Of a DNA stretch of 64,000 nt, positions 48,170 to 57,238 are shown piece after piece. Source of the stretch: a virus; IMG/VR virus record IMGVR_UViG_3300017818_000007, positions 96,001-160,000 of that record. One strand, given 5' to 3'. Numbering within the stretch: the stretch's first letter is position 1; each line of letters opens with the position of its first letter. Position numbers and translations under genes: made by a program. The notes beneath the pieces were generated by a model. The model was not told the DNA's origin, did not search any database, and was given only the letters and a program-made list of their open reading frames with translations.

Positions 48170-49446
48170 GCCGCCTCTTTTAAATCATAGTGACAAGTAA
48201 TACCGTGTGGTGCTTCAATTGATGTATCTGAATGAATAATCCATACAGTTTCACAATAGTTTTCATCACCCCAGTTCCACGAATAGCCATCTGTGAACAC
48301 TAGGAGTTTTCTAGGAGTAATACCTTCGTCCTTCATAAAACGCCAGTTAGCATCAAAGTCTGTACCACCACCGCCGTGTAATTCATACTCCTCAATGCTT
48401 TCGCCGCTGTCTGGAGTAAAGTCTTGTACATTATACACTTCTGTATCAAAACACCATACTTTAATTTTATAATCGTCGTATTGATCACAAATGCCTTTTA
48501 CTTCACTTAAAAAGTCTTGTGCTTCACGTGAACCAATTGAGCCTGACATATCAAGTGCAATACACAAGTCAATAGTATCATCAAAGTCCATACCAGGCAA
48601 TACTGCGGAAGTATGCCAACCTTTACGTGAAGGACGCATGAATGAATAGTTGCTCTTAATAGTAGATTGAATCTGCTGATTAAGGATTTCTCGCCAGTTC
48701 ATTTTAGGCTCGGTAAGTTCCTTAATAATACGTTGTACACCTTTAGGAATATTACCAACACCAGCCGCCTGTGCAGATGAAATCATTGCTTCTTTCATTT
48801 CATCACGGATTTTACGTAGTTCTTCTTTTGAGTATGTAGGTTGTCCGCCTTTACCTTTTTTCTTTTTAGTTTTACCGTTAGGACCTTGGCCTTTACCTTT
48901 TTCCCAATCAATATGTTCATCAAGAAGTTTACCTAGTTGATCAAGTTGTTCTTGATCGTACTTTTGGTAGATGTCATCATACACAGCCTCTGATGCCCAA
49001 CCATAATATTTAGGATCATGGAATGGTTTAACTTGTGTAATTACTTCACCAATCTTATGACGTACTAAATCACCGTTAACACAATAGTCGGCGGCGATGT
49101 TATAAATTTGTGGTTCACGATCATCACGACGTGTAAAGTGATCATATACACAGTGTAGGATTTCGTGACCAAATAAGAACTCAGTTTGTTTTTGTGAAAG
49201 TGTTTCTACAAAGTTTTCGTTGTAGTAAAAATTACGACCATCAGTTGCCGCAGTTGCACACCAATCAGTTGCATCAATAATTTTAAGACGTGTAGCAAGA
49301 TTACCAAAAAATGGTTGACGAATAAGTAGAGCAATACGAGCAGTTGTTAATTTTTCTAATACTTTTGCACTATTGATAGAAGGATCTTTTTCATAGATCT
49401 TACCATCTATCATTGTTTGTTCTACTGCGGTTGTTTCTTGTGACAT
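48166..49446 (-). CDS. DUF2201-like metallopeptidase plus VWA domain protein (MoxR partner)
   Basis: AATDGR, HEILH zincin motif, MIDAS DMSGS, GGGGTDF, VFTDG. Confidence 0.9.
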   Translation of the reverse strand: MSQETTAVEQTMIDGKIYEKDPSINSAKVLEKLTTARIALLIRQPFFGNLATRLKIIDATDWCATAATDGRNFYYNENFVETLSQKQTEFLFGHEILHCVYDHFTRRDDREPQIYNIAADYCVNGDLVRHKIGEVITQVKPFHDPKYYGWASEAVYDDIYQKYDQEQLDQLGKLLDEHIDWEKGKGQGPNGKTKKKKGKGGQPTYSKEELRKIRDEMKEAMISSAQAAGVGNIPKGVQRIIKELTEPKMNWREILNQQIQSTIKSNYSFMRPSRKGWHTSAVLPGMDFDDTIDLCIALDMSGSIGSREAQDFLSEVKGICDQYDDYKIKVWCFDTEVYNVQDFTPDSGESIEEYELHGGGGTDFDANWRFMKDEGITPRKLLVFTDGYSWNWGDENYCETVWIIHSDTSIEAPHGITCHYDLKEAA

Positions 49447-49473
49447 ATCTTACTCCTAACTAACTATACTTAT

Positions 49474-49501
49474 AGTATAGCATCATACACGGTTTTGTCA
49501 A
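49474..49501 (-). promoter_or_regulatory. Sigma70-type promoter for the VWA gene
   Basis: TTGACA-16 nt-TATACT. Confidence 0.6.
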
Positions 49502-49502
49502 C

Positions 49503-50078
49503 CTAGAATTTGGCTAAAAATTGGTTTTGCATATCCATTTTGGCTTGCAAATACGAGTAAGATTCTTCCAATTCGAGTGGAGAATATTCCCCTGGCTTAA
49601 ACACATATTCTACTGCTGAACTTGGAAGTTTTGAAGTTTTAAGACCATCTCCAGCATCAATTACATACGGAAGTAAGTCTGTTTTGGATATAATTGCTAC
49701 TGCATCTTTATCGCAAATTAAAAGAAACTCTGCATATGATTCCGGAAGTGTTCGTCCTTCACTACTGCCACGCGAGTTCATAAGTTGTAGTTCTGCAACG
49801 TGTTTTCTTGGTTGTTTCTTTTTAGAAGTAAAAAGACTACCATCAGTGTATTTCATTTCGATTGTAATACCGTTAGGTCCAATGTGATCAACACCTTCTT
49901 CATTTACATATCGTAAATCTTGATTACTAAAAAGTTCTAGTGCTTTTTCAAATAAATCACTTTTATCAAAACGAAGTTTACGTTCATTTAGTTCGTCACC
50001 CACTTGGTCTACAAGTGTCACAAACTTATTCCAATCTACGTTCCATCTTAGCCAATGTGCTAGTTCTTTTGTATTCAT
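49503..50078 (-). CDS. PD-(D/E)xK restriction-endonuclease-like protein
   Basis: E helix (LFEKAL), GVD...IEMK catalytic layout. Confidence 0.6.
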   Translation of the reverse strand: MNTKELAHWLRWNVDWNKFVTLVDQVGDELNERKLRFDKSDLFEKALELFSNQDLRYVNEEGVDHIGPNGITIEMKYTDGSLFTSKKKQPRKHVAELQLMNSRGSSEGRTLPESYAEFLLICDKDAVAIISKTDLLPYVIDAGDGLKTSKLPSSAVEYVFKPGEYSPLELEESYSYLQAKMDMQNQFLAKF

Positions 50079-50893
50079 TTTTTAGAATTAATCCATTTAA
50101 TTACTTGTTCGCTGTTCCCTGCGAAAATTCTATCTGAGTGTTCGGCAATCAAAGCATTCATTTCATCTAGATGATTTTCTCCTGCTTCACCGTCTACTTG
50201 TACAAAGAACAATTTTTTATCATTGTGTTTATCACAGTATTTTTTTGACTCTTGAATAAAAGATTTTGATTCACCTACTTGATGTACAGAAGTCACAGAT
50301 CCTTCTGGACCACTGTATTTTAAAAACCCATAAGCATCTAAACTAGGAATATATGCGTCTACACTTCTTGCAAACTTTTTGTTTTCAACATCTTTTTTAT
50401 TTTGTATCTCACCGTTAGCAACAGTGTATTCACCGTTAACTGGTTTATCAACAGCAATACCTGTATACTTACGAAGCATTTCTAACTGTACATCTTCGTC
50501 AATTGATTGTCTTGTTGCGTCTCGACAGTAGTCAATTTGAATCCACGGGTGAGAGTCTAAATATATTTGTGACATTTTTTTGATGTCTGTAAACGTAATT
50601 TTATCTTCGTCACTAATACCTCTGTAAGAACAGTTCTTTGAAATACGTGAAAAGATAGTGTTCATAACATTAGTGACATTGCGTCTTGTTGGAGTATCAA
50701 TTGTTTTATCTCGACACTTCCATTTAATTTCGTTTTTAGAATTACGGGTCTTTTCAACTGCTAGTTCATTTCCAGCAATTATTTCCCAAATTGATTTATC
50801 TTCTATTAGGTTAGATTGATTAGTTGCTTCACGACTTTTAATAATATTGTGAGCACCGTTTGTATTTTCGATTATGATTTGTTTTGACACCAT
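50075..50893 (-). CDS. Type II restriction-endonuclease-like protein
   Basis: RQSIDE...RSVDAYI...FLKY...Q..E...F...VDGE layout resembling PD-(D/E)xK type II REases. Confidence 0.5.
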   Translation of the reverse strand: MVSKQIIIENTNGAHNIIKSREATNQSNLIEDKSIWEIIAGNELAVEKTRNSKNEIKWKCRDKTIDTPTRRNVTNVMNTIFSRISKNCSYRGISDEDKITFTDIKKMSQIYLDSHPWIQIDYCRDATRQSIDEDVQLEMLRKYTGIAVDKPVNGEYTVANGEIQNKKDVENKKFARSVDAYIPSLDAYGFLKYSGPEGSVTSVHQVGESKSFIQESKKYCDKHNDKKLFFVQVDGEAGENHLDEMNALIAEHSDRIFAGNSEQVIKWINSKK

Positions 50894-50920
50894 AATTCCC
50901 CATTTCTTAATTTATAGTAT

Positions 50921-50949
50921 ATTTTAGCAAATTATAATGTAGATGTCAA
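50921..50949 (-). promoter_or_regulatory. Sigma70-type promoter for the nuclease pair
   Basis: TTGACA-17 nt-TAAAAT. Confidence 0.6.
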
Positions 50950-50969
50950 GTCTTTTGGTAAAATAGAAT

Positions 50970-50989
50970 GGGGGATCCGAAGATCCCCC
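50970..50989 (-). terminator. Intrinsic terminator with C(UUCG)G tetraloop after MoxR
   Basis: GGGGGATC-TTCG-GATCCCCC followed by ATTCTATTTT on - strand. Confidence 0.8.
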
Positions 50990-50995
50990 TAGTAG

Positions 50996-52090
50996 TTAGG
51001 ATGCCATTGCGGCTTGAACATACTTGCCGTATTTGTCATGAAAACGATCAAAGTTTTTAAGATCCTTTGGACTGAATGGAAGTTTGTAAGTTGTAATTGC
51101 TACCCTTACACCCATCACAACAAGTTCAGTTTCAAAGTTATCCATCATAAATCCAAAGAAGTTATCTGCCATAGCATTCCACCCTTTTTCTTTACGTTTG
51201 AACGCTTCTTGAAGTTCATAGCACATTGAAACAGTTAACGAGTACATAGCACTGATATCTGTAGTCTCCATGCTTTTCACTTTACCGGACAAGATGTCCG
51301 TAGGATTTGGCAGTTTTGAAGCAACCTTACGGTGTGCCGCAAACTTTACTGCCAAGCCTTCACCAACGGCGCCTGCCACGAGGTCTGTCAACGTGTTTTC
51401 TGACAGGTCATCGTCGAGAAGTTCGCTCACGAAACTCCACGAACGTGGAGTAGCAAATGCACGTGAACTGCTCTTAGGATCAAAGTCATATAGATCCTGT
51501 TTTGCAAAAGAGCAATAACCAACTACATCTGCGTGAATTTTGTTTTCAGTTGCCCACTGCAACCAATCTTCAAAGTCTACTCGCATTTCTAAATGCAAGA
51601 AACGGTTAGCCAACGGAGCCGGCATACGATAAGTGACACCTTTATCAGTTTCACGATTACCTGCCGCTACAATCATTACGTTGTCTGGAAGTTTATAAGT
51701 ACCAACTCTACGATTAAGAACTAGTTGGTATGCCGCCGCTTGTACTGCCGGCGATGCAGAGTTCATTTCGTCCATAAACAGAACGATATGTTTAAACTGT
51801 TTTGCCATTTCTTCGTCTGGAAGTTCTACTGGCGGTGCCCATTTCATTGTATTATCATTGGCCGCGTAATAAGGCATACCTTTGATATCTGTTGGATCCC
51901 ACAATGAAAGTCGAATATCAATTAGATGTGAATCTTCAAAACTGTTAGTAATTTGACTAACAATATCTGATTTACCAATGCCTGGAGGACCCCATAAAAA
52001 TACTGGACGGCCTTTAGCCATTGCGTGTTTAAGTGCCACTTTCGCTTCGTTTGGAGTGACTGTACGTGCTTCTGTTGCTTGTGTTGACAT
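50996..52090 (-). CDS. MoxR-type AAA+ ATPase
   Basis: GPPGIGKS, LFMDEMN, AAGNRETD, PLANRF, TPRSW. Confidence 0.92.
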   Translation of the reverse strand: MSTQATEARTVTPNEAKVALKHAMAKGRPVFLWGPPGIGKSDIVSQITNSFEDSHLIDIRLSLWDPTDIKGMPYYAANDNTMKWAPPVELPDEEMAKQFKHIVLFMDEMNSASPAVQAAAYQLVLNRRVGTYKLPDNVMIVAAGNRETDKGVTYRMPAPLANRFLHLEMRVDFEDWLQWATENKIHADVVGYCSFAKQDLYDFDPKSSSRAFATPRSWSFVSELLDDDLSENTLTDLVAGAVGEGLAVKFAAHRKVASKLPNPTDILSGKVKSMETTDISAMYSLTVSMCYELQEAFKRKEKGWNAMADNFFGFMMDNFETELVVMGVRVAITTYKLPFSPKDLKNFDRFHDKYGKYVQAAMAS

Positions 52091-52128
52091 AAGTTTTACC
52101 TCTTTGTTTAATTCCTAACTATAAGTAT

Positions 52129-52156
52129 ATAATACACTCATTAGAGGAATTGTCAA
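52129..52156 (-). promoter_or_regulatory. Sigma70-type promoter for MoxR
   Basis: TTGACA-16 nt-TATTAT. Confidence 0.6.
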
Positions 52157-52202
52157 CTGTTTTTTAGGATATTTTGGAAAAAACCTGTCCAAAATGAACA
52201 GA

Positions 52203-52586
52203 TTAATCTAATTCTTTAGCCATAGCACGGGCAAGACCGTACTGTTTAATATCTCCGGCAAACATCATTAGATTTAATGCCATTTTTTCGCTAAGAACAT
52301 AAATGCGTTTTTTAGTCACGTAATACGGACAATCAATAAATTCATCTAAGTAAAGAAATACTTGAGGTGTAAATTGTATATCGTTAGGAAAATGTATTTC
52401 GTGTGTTTGTATATCTGCCTCGCTTACTACAAAGTCAAAGCCTTCTTTTGTTAAACGTAAACCGCTATCACCTTTTGCTCTGATATTTTGCCACCAAAGC
52501 ATATGATGTTTTTTAATGCTTTCTTCGTCTGTTTCTTTATCTGCGGCGAAGAGAAATGTTTTAGTGTATGCTGTCTTTTTATCCAT
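52203..52586 (-). CDS. Hypothetical protein
   Basis: 127-aa ORF, TAATG-coupled. Confidence 0.7.
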   Translation of the reverse strand: MDKKTAYTKTFLFAADKETDEESIKKHHMLWWQNIRAKGDSGLRLTKEGFDFVVSEADIQTHEIHFPNDIQFTPQVFLYLDEFIDCPYYVTKKRIYVLSEKMALNLMMFAGDIKQYGLARAMAKELD

Positions 52587-52867
52587 TAAAGAACTTTACC
52601 GTTGGTTAATTCTATAACTTTAAACTCGTCTGTATTAAACAGTTTGTTTAATTTTTTTGCTAGATTATGAGCGTGTCCTGGATTTGAAAAAGAAACCTTT
52701 TTATATTTTGGACCTGGAGTTGGCGAAACTGAATTTGAACTTTTCAAATTAAAAGGTTTGCCTTGATAGAATACTGCCCATATAGCATCAGCGGCAAGAA
52801 CTTCTTCGCTTCTAAATGTATTCTTATCAGTGTACTTTAATAGTACTGTTGGTTTAGGTCTACTCAT
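52586..52867 (-). CDS. Hypothetical protein
   Basis: 93-aa ORF; TAAATA (52898-52903) and ACGTAGTT upstream. Confidence 0.7.
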   Translation of the reverse strand: MSRPKPTVLLKYTDKNTFRSEEVLAADAIWAVFYQGKPFNLKSSNSVSPTPGPKYKKVSFSNPGHAHNLAKKLNKLFNTDEFKVIELTNGKVL

Positions 52868-52910
52868 ATACGCAATTTCCTTTATTAACTACGTATATAT
52901 TTATCAAAAA

Positions 52911-53132
52911 TTAGAGTTTTCCGCCATCCATTTGTACTGTAATCTCAGGTTCTACAGGCTGTTGATTATCCTGTAATTCAACTAAACGTGCCATTACCAT
53001 GCTAACACTGTCTGCTAGGTCGCGATATTGTTTGGCATCTAGTTTAATGTCTTTTGCAGATGTTCTTTGTGCTATACGTACAGCCTGTAAGAAGTTTTCT
53101 ATTGCTAGTGTATTAAGATTGCTTCGAGACAC
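52911..53132 (-). CDS. Hypothetical protein
   Basis: 73-aa ORF. Confidence 0.6.
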   Translation of the reverse strand: MSRSNLNTLAIENFLQAVRIAQRTSAKDIKLDAKQYRDLADSVSMVMARLVELQDNQQPVEPEITVQMDGGKL

Positions 53133-53583
53133 GGGCCAATGTTTCCTTCATTTCTAAGTCAGTTGTAAACGGACCTTCAAAGTTGTATCGCTGTAATGTA
53201 ATAAGTTTAGGACAAAAACTTTTAACCCATCCTTTGTCAAATCTAATACAGTAATAACCTGCACAATAAAGGCTTTTAGATTTTCTACTTTTGCTAAACA
53301 GTGGTAAACCTTTTTTAACATCATATAGAGGGTTGTAAGGTTTAGTGCTTGTTGGATAGTTATATACTTCGTGTTTTTGTTCTTTTTGTTCAATCTTTTT
53401 AAATGCTTGTTCAAAGAAGTTGTCGCCAAAAGTTTTATGTACTTCTTCAATATTTTCAAAACGAACTTTTTCTAAACCTCGAATAAAGTAATAACAATTT
53501 GTATCTTTTTGTAGAGTTCCAACTTTACGTCCTCTATCTTGTACAATCCAAAATTTATTAGGCACTAACTGTTTTGCTAACAT
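53113..53583 (-). CDS. Hypothetical protein
   Basis: ORF track start 53604; GGAGG RBS favours the ATG at 53583 (MLAKQLVPNKFW). Confidence 0.7.
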   Translation of the reverse strand: MLAKQLVPNKFWIVQDRGRKVGTLQKDTNCYYFIRGLEKVRFENIEEVHKTFGDNFFEQAFKKIEQKEQKHEVYNYPTSTKPYNPLYDVKKGLPLFSKSRKSKSLYCAGYYCIRFDKGWVKSFCPKLITLQRYNFEGPFTTDLEMKETLARVSKQS

Positions 53584-54571
53584 ATTTCCCTCCATATCGT
53601 GCATTTAATGGCTCAGCAAACGATTGAGCCTGTTCTGTTATTTTAACAAGATCGTAAGAGCCAGCAAACTTAACTAGTCTAATACCAACTTGTTGTACTG
53701 CTTCTTTTTGCTGTATTGTTTCAGCAATAGTTGAAGCAATAATCTCTTTAATTTCTGTAGGTTGTGCAGACAAATCACAGAGTGTGACATTTCTTTCGTA
53801 GTCGTCTAATACCCTATGTTCATCGCCATTATGATCAACCCAACGTTGTAGCATAAGATTGTTCCAATTATAACCTTTTGCTGTCTTATCCTCGAACGCT
53901 TCAAGTAATCCAACTTTGTTCTTTGTACCTTTCTTGCGAACGCCTGGGTAGGCTGAGAATACGTTATCACTTGTATCACCTCTCATACATTTTTCAAATA
54001 GCAACCATTCGGGATTAGGTGCACCCTTAGGTTCTTTAGTTTTTTTATCTATTATTTCTTTGCCTTTTTCATCAAAATAGCCTTCGTTTGTAATGGTTGT
54101 CTTCATAACACCATTATACTGTTTAACATTAGGTGCAATAAGTTGTGCAAAGTCACCGTCTGTACTAATAATAATATGGTTGTCTTCAGGATGACTCTGT
54201 ATCCAGCCTGCAATCAAATCATCTGCTTCTAGTTGCGGGTGTTGTAATACTGTTGCATTTGTTTTATTTTGTAAAAAGTCTTTAAACTCGTCAAATGTTT
54301 CCCAGAATATAGTTTCTTCTTCTTGTTGCGAAGGTGTTAAAGCGTCACGTGATTCTTGACGATTACGTTTATATGGCTCGTAAAAGTCCTTGCGCCAACT
54401 ACGACCTTCTAGACAAAATACTACGTGATTGCCGTCAAAGTCTTTCCATGCCTTGCGAATACTTTGTAGAGTTGTATGCAATGCCATACCAATTTTAATT
54501 TCAGCATCACCTCTTACGGCGTGCCTAGCACGGAAAAATGTGTTTGCTGTGTCTACAAGTATATAATTCAT
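53558..54571 (-). CDS. rnh: T4 RNase H-like 5'-3' exonuclease (FEN/PIN fold)
   Basis: ILVDTAN, EADDLIA, STDGDFAQL, GDTSDNV acidic motifs. Confidence 0.9.
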   Translation of the reverse strand: MNYILVDTANTFFRARHAVRGDAEIKIGMALHTTLQSIRKAWKDFDGNHVVFCLEGRSWRKDFYEPYKRNRQESRDALTPSQQEEETIFWETFDEFKDFLQNKTNATVLQHPQLEADDLIAGWIQSHPEDNHIIISTDGDFAQLIAPNVKQYNGVMKTTITNEGYFDEKGKEIIDKKTKEPKGAPNPEWLLFEKCMRGDTSDNVFSAYPGVRKKGTKNKVGLLEAFEDKTAKGYNWNNLMLQRWVDHNGDEHRVLDDYERNVTLCDLSAQPTEIKEIIASTIAETIQQKEAVQQVGIRLVKFAGSYDLVKITEQAQSFAEPLNARYGGKYVSKTVSA

Positions 54572-54580
54572 ATTCTATTC

Positions 54581-55249
54581 CTATACTGTTTTAAGTTGAA
54601 CTGCTTTGTCTAAATCTTCTAGCGGAGCAAATCCATGATCAAACAAATCAAATGCTATACTAACTCGTTTGTTGTTTTGTTGATGTTCTGGTACACTATG
54701 CAATACATAACTTGAAAACAATGTAAGTCCACCTTTAACATTTTCAAAACCAACTTTAACGTGCTCATCTACAGGACAATAGTATATAGTCTGAGTATCA
54801 TAGTTGTCAAGATGAATATTTCCACTTAGATAAGAAAAGTTTTGAGCACCATGACCGTGTTTAGTAATAGGTTGTCCCTTATGAACAACATTTGCCCAAC
54901 TAAACATATATAAGTTTCTAACTGTGGTACTATTAGTATGCATATATTGTATGTATTGTTCTTTAATCCAATGCAACAGGTTCATAAACTGTGGAATGTT
55001 TTGTGTAATTTGAAATAAATTATATGCACTGTATTGTGCAGTTAAACTATTTTCCCCCAAACCAGTACCGCCATCGCCACCGTCACTGTTTTTCTTTAAA
55101 GTTTTAATAAGTTTTTCTTCGTTATCGATTAACCAATTTCTGATAAAATCAATATCTTCTGAATTAGGATATACAGCATTCCAAAATGGAATATTCCATG
55201 TAGGAGCATATTCGTTAATAGGGTGTATGCTTTTCCAAACTTGTAGCAT
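54581..55249 (-). CDS. 2OG-Fe(II) oxygenase-like protein
   Basis: SWANV..KGQPITKHGH, SGNIHL, LFSSYVLHSV, RVSIAFD. Confidence 0.8.
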   Translation of the reverse strand: MLQVWKSIHPINEYAPTWNIPFWNAVYPNSEDIDFIRNWLIDNEEKLIKTLKKNSDGGDGGTGLGENSLTAQYSAYNLFQITQNIPQFMNLLHWIKEQYIQYMHTNSTTVRNLYMFSWANVVHKGQPITKHGHGAQNFSYLSGNIHLDNYDTQTIYYCPVDEHVKVGFENVKGGLTLFSSYVLHSVPEHQQNNKRVSIAFDLFDHGFAPLEDLDKAVQLKTV

Positions 55250-55620
55250 TAACTAATCTCCGATTTACCGTCACCTAAATCTTTTGTATTGATGTATCCT
55301 GCACCCATCTTTGCCTCCACAGATGCAACACCTTCATCACGTGCAATATTTCCGCAAAGTTCTTTAAACCAAGCGTCAACAATTTCTTCTTCGCTATCAC
55401 CTTGATAGCCATTTAGTCTTAAGTCACGAACAAAGTATTCATTCCAGTCAAGTTCAAAAAATCCGTTGCGTGGATTATCTTTCTTCATTTCAACATTAAG
55501 AACTGCTACATATGGCTCTTTCTTTTTAGTTGCCTCTGCTTTTGCATCAGTTCCTTTTTCTTTTGATACAGAAGCAGGTACGTGATTTTTATCAAACATT
55601 TTTTTAAGTTTATCTAACAT
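55249..55620 (-). CDS. Hypothetical protein
   Basis: 123-aa ORF with AGGA RBS. Confidence 0.7.
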   Translation of the reverse strand: MLDKLKKMFDKNHVPASVSKEKGTDAKAEATKKKEPYVAVLNVEMKKDNPRNGFFELDWNEYFVRDLRLNGYQGDSEEEIVDAWFKELCGNIARDEGVASVEAKMGAGYINTKDLGDGKSEIS

Positions 55621-55659
55621 TATAGTCCTGCCTTTCTTGCTTTTTCGTCGAGTGTTTCA

Positions 55660-56553
55660 TCAGGTGCCCCAGGCGTTGCCGAAGATGTCGACGTGTAGTC
55701 TGGGTGTATAGCGCCAACCTCGCTCCATTGCCAATGTTGCGACTCCTCTAGTGTTGAGTTGGTATTCTTCCGACCTACCCCCAAGCGGCATAACATAGAC
55801 TGGAACATCGATTCCTTCGCTACGGTACGCTTCAACGGCTTTGGAAACTTCATCCACATCTTCTTTGGTAGCCACAACAAACTTGAAATACATACTACTA
55901 TTAGGTACATCGTAGTACTGCCTAGCAATATCAGGCTTGATAGCAGTATCCCAAGGCTCTCCGCTAACGGAAAGTTTTGGACTGCACGACCAAGTGATAT
56001 GAAATGATCTTTCGTTGTCGAGCCACTCTCTGAAATCATCTCTAAGAGTTTGTGTTGTGTTTGTTTCAAACGTGACATTTTTTAAGTCCTCCATACGAGG
56101 GTGTTTAAATAGATCCATGTATAACCTCTGCCACCCTAGCAAAGGTTCACCACCAGTTAAAATAAAATGAACATCTTGTCCATTATCCATTGTCCACTTA
56201 CCTTGTGGAGTAAGACCTAATACATAATCAACTACTTCGTCAACTGTATGGTCTTTCATATATTTTTTAAATTCAGGATATATACTTGCATACGTATCAC
56301 AGCCTGTGTGAACAATAGGCAAATCCTCGAACTTATTTATCTTGTCTAAAATACCGTCATCTAGCAATGCTTTAACTTCTGGATTATATTTAATACCTTG
56401 TTCTAACTTCTCTGCTCTGTTAGGATGCTTGTCTAAACCAAAGTTCATACAACGAAAATTACAACCAAAGGTACGTAAAAAGACGGAAGGTACACCTACA
56501 AAGCGACCTTCTCCTTGCACACTATAAAATGCTTCACTATATCTTAATTTCAT
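55660..56553 (-). CDS. queE: 7-carboxy-7-deazaguanine synthase (radical SAM)
   Basis: EAFYSVQGEG..VG.P..FLRTFGCNFRC...CDT, LTGGEP, ETN, SPKL, RLHV. Confidence 0.92.
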   Translation of the reverse strand: MKLRYSEAFYSVQGEGRFVGVPSVFLRTFGCNFRCMNFGLDKHPNRAEKLEQGIKYNPEVKALLDDGILDKINKFEDLPIVHTGCDTYASIYPEFKKYMKDHTVDEVVDYVLGLTPQGKWTMDNGQDVHFILTGGEPLLGWQRLYMDLFKHPRMEDLKNVTFETNTTQTLRDDFREWLDNERSFHITWSCSPKLSVSGEPWDTAIKPDIARQYYDVPNSSMYFKFVVATKEDVDEVSKAVEAYRSEGIDVPVYVMPLGGRSEEYQLNTRGVATLAMERGWRYTPRLHVDIFGNAWGT

Positions 56554-56571
56554 TTACAACTCCTATTATAT

Positions 56572-56600
56572 ATTATAGTGTTTATTTAGGTTTTTGTCAA
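56572..56600 (-). promoter_or_regulatory. Consensus sigma70 promoter with embedded TAAATA, for queE
   Basis: TTGACA-17 nt-TATAAT; TAAATA lies inside the spacer. Confidence 0.75.
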
Positions 56601-56603
56601 CCA

Positions 56604-57026
56604 TTAACAGCCAGTACTTTCTTCAAACATTTCCATTTGTGTAATATCTTTTTTGGAGTACTTTTGTTTATTTGGAATGACACCGCGAACACCGCCTGCA
56701 GGATCTTCCATATCACCGTCTCGGCGGAAAATTAAATGAACGTGTGGATACATAACTGTTTGTCCCGCACTTTTGCCCATATTAATACCTATATTGAACC
56801 CTGTAATTGGATTAGTTTCAGCATCAACATTCATTTGACCCATATCCATAGCAAACTTAAAACACTTTAAAATGTTTTCTTGTGTGTTTTCTTTTGGAAC
56901 AACAAGGGTATGTCCAAGAGTGACAGGATAAATGTCCTCATATACAACGTATTCCTTTGTATCAAACATAACATTGGTCCAAGGTGCTCGACCTTCTTGT
57001 TTTGCTTTTTCTAGTGTATCAGTCAT
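56604..57026 (-). CDS. HIT family nucleotide hydrolase
   Basis: DIYPVTLGHTLVVPK, GFNIGIN.G.SAGQTV.YPHVHLI. Confidence 0.9.
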   Translation of the reverse strand: MTDTLEKAKQEGRAPWTNVMFDTKEYVVYEDIYPVTLGHTLVVPKENTQENILKCFKFAMDMGQMNVDAETNPITGFNIGINMGKSAGQTVMYPHVHLIFRRDGDMEDPAGGVRGVIPNKQKYSKKDITQMEMFEESTGC

Positions 57027-57035
57027 TTGTTTTCC

Positions 57036-57236
57036 TTATAAACTATACCAATCGGATATTTCTTCCAATGCGGCATCCCATGGTTTTATGTCTTTATATT
57101 CTTCGTACTTTTTAGTAGCAACCTTCCAACCTAATCTAAAGTGTGTAAAGTAGTTGCCCTTAAAAGCACCCTTAGGCTTGGAAAATATCTTTGCTGTACT
57201 GTGTGCAAATTTAATTTTCCAAACAAGTTTACTCAC
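57036..57236 (-). CDS. Hypothetical protein
   Basis: 66-aa ORF in operon. Confidence 0.55.
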   Translation of the reverse strand: MSKLVWKIKFAHSTAKIFSKPKGAFKGNYFTHFRLGWKVATKKYEEYKDIKPWDAALEEISDWYSL

Positions 57237-57238
57237 AA

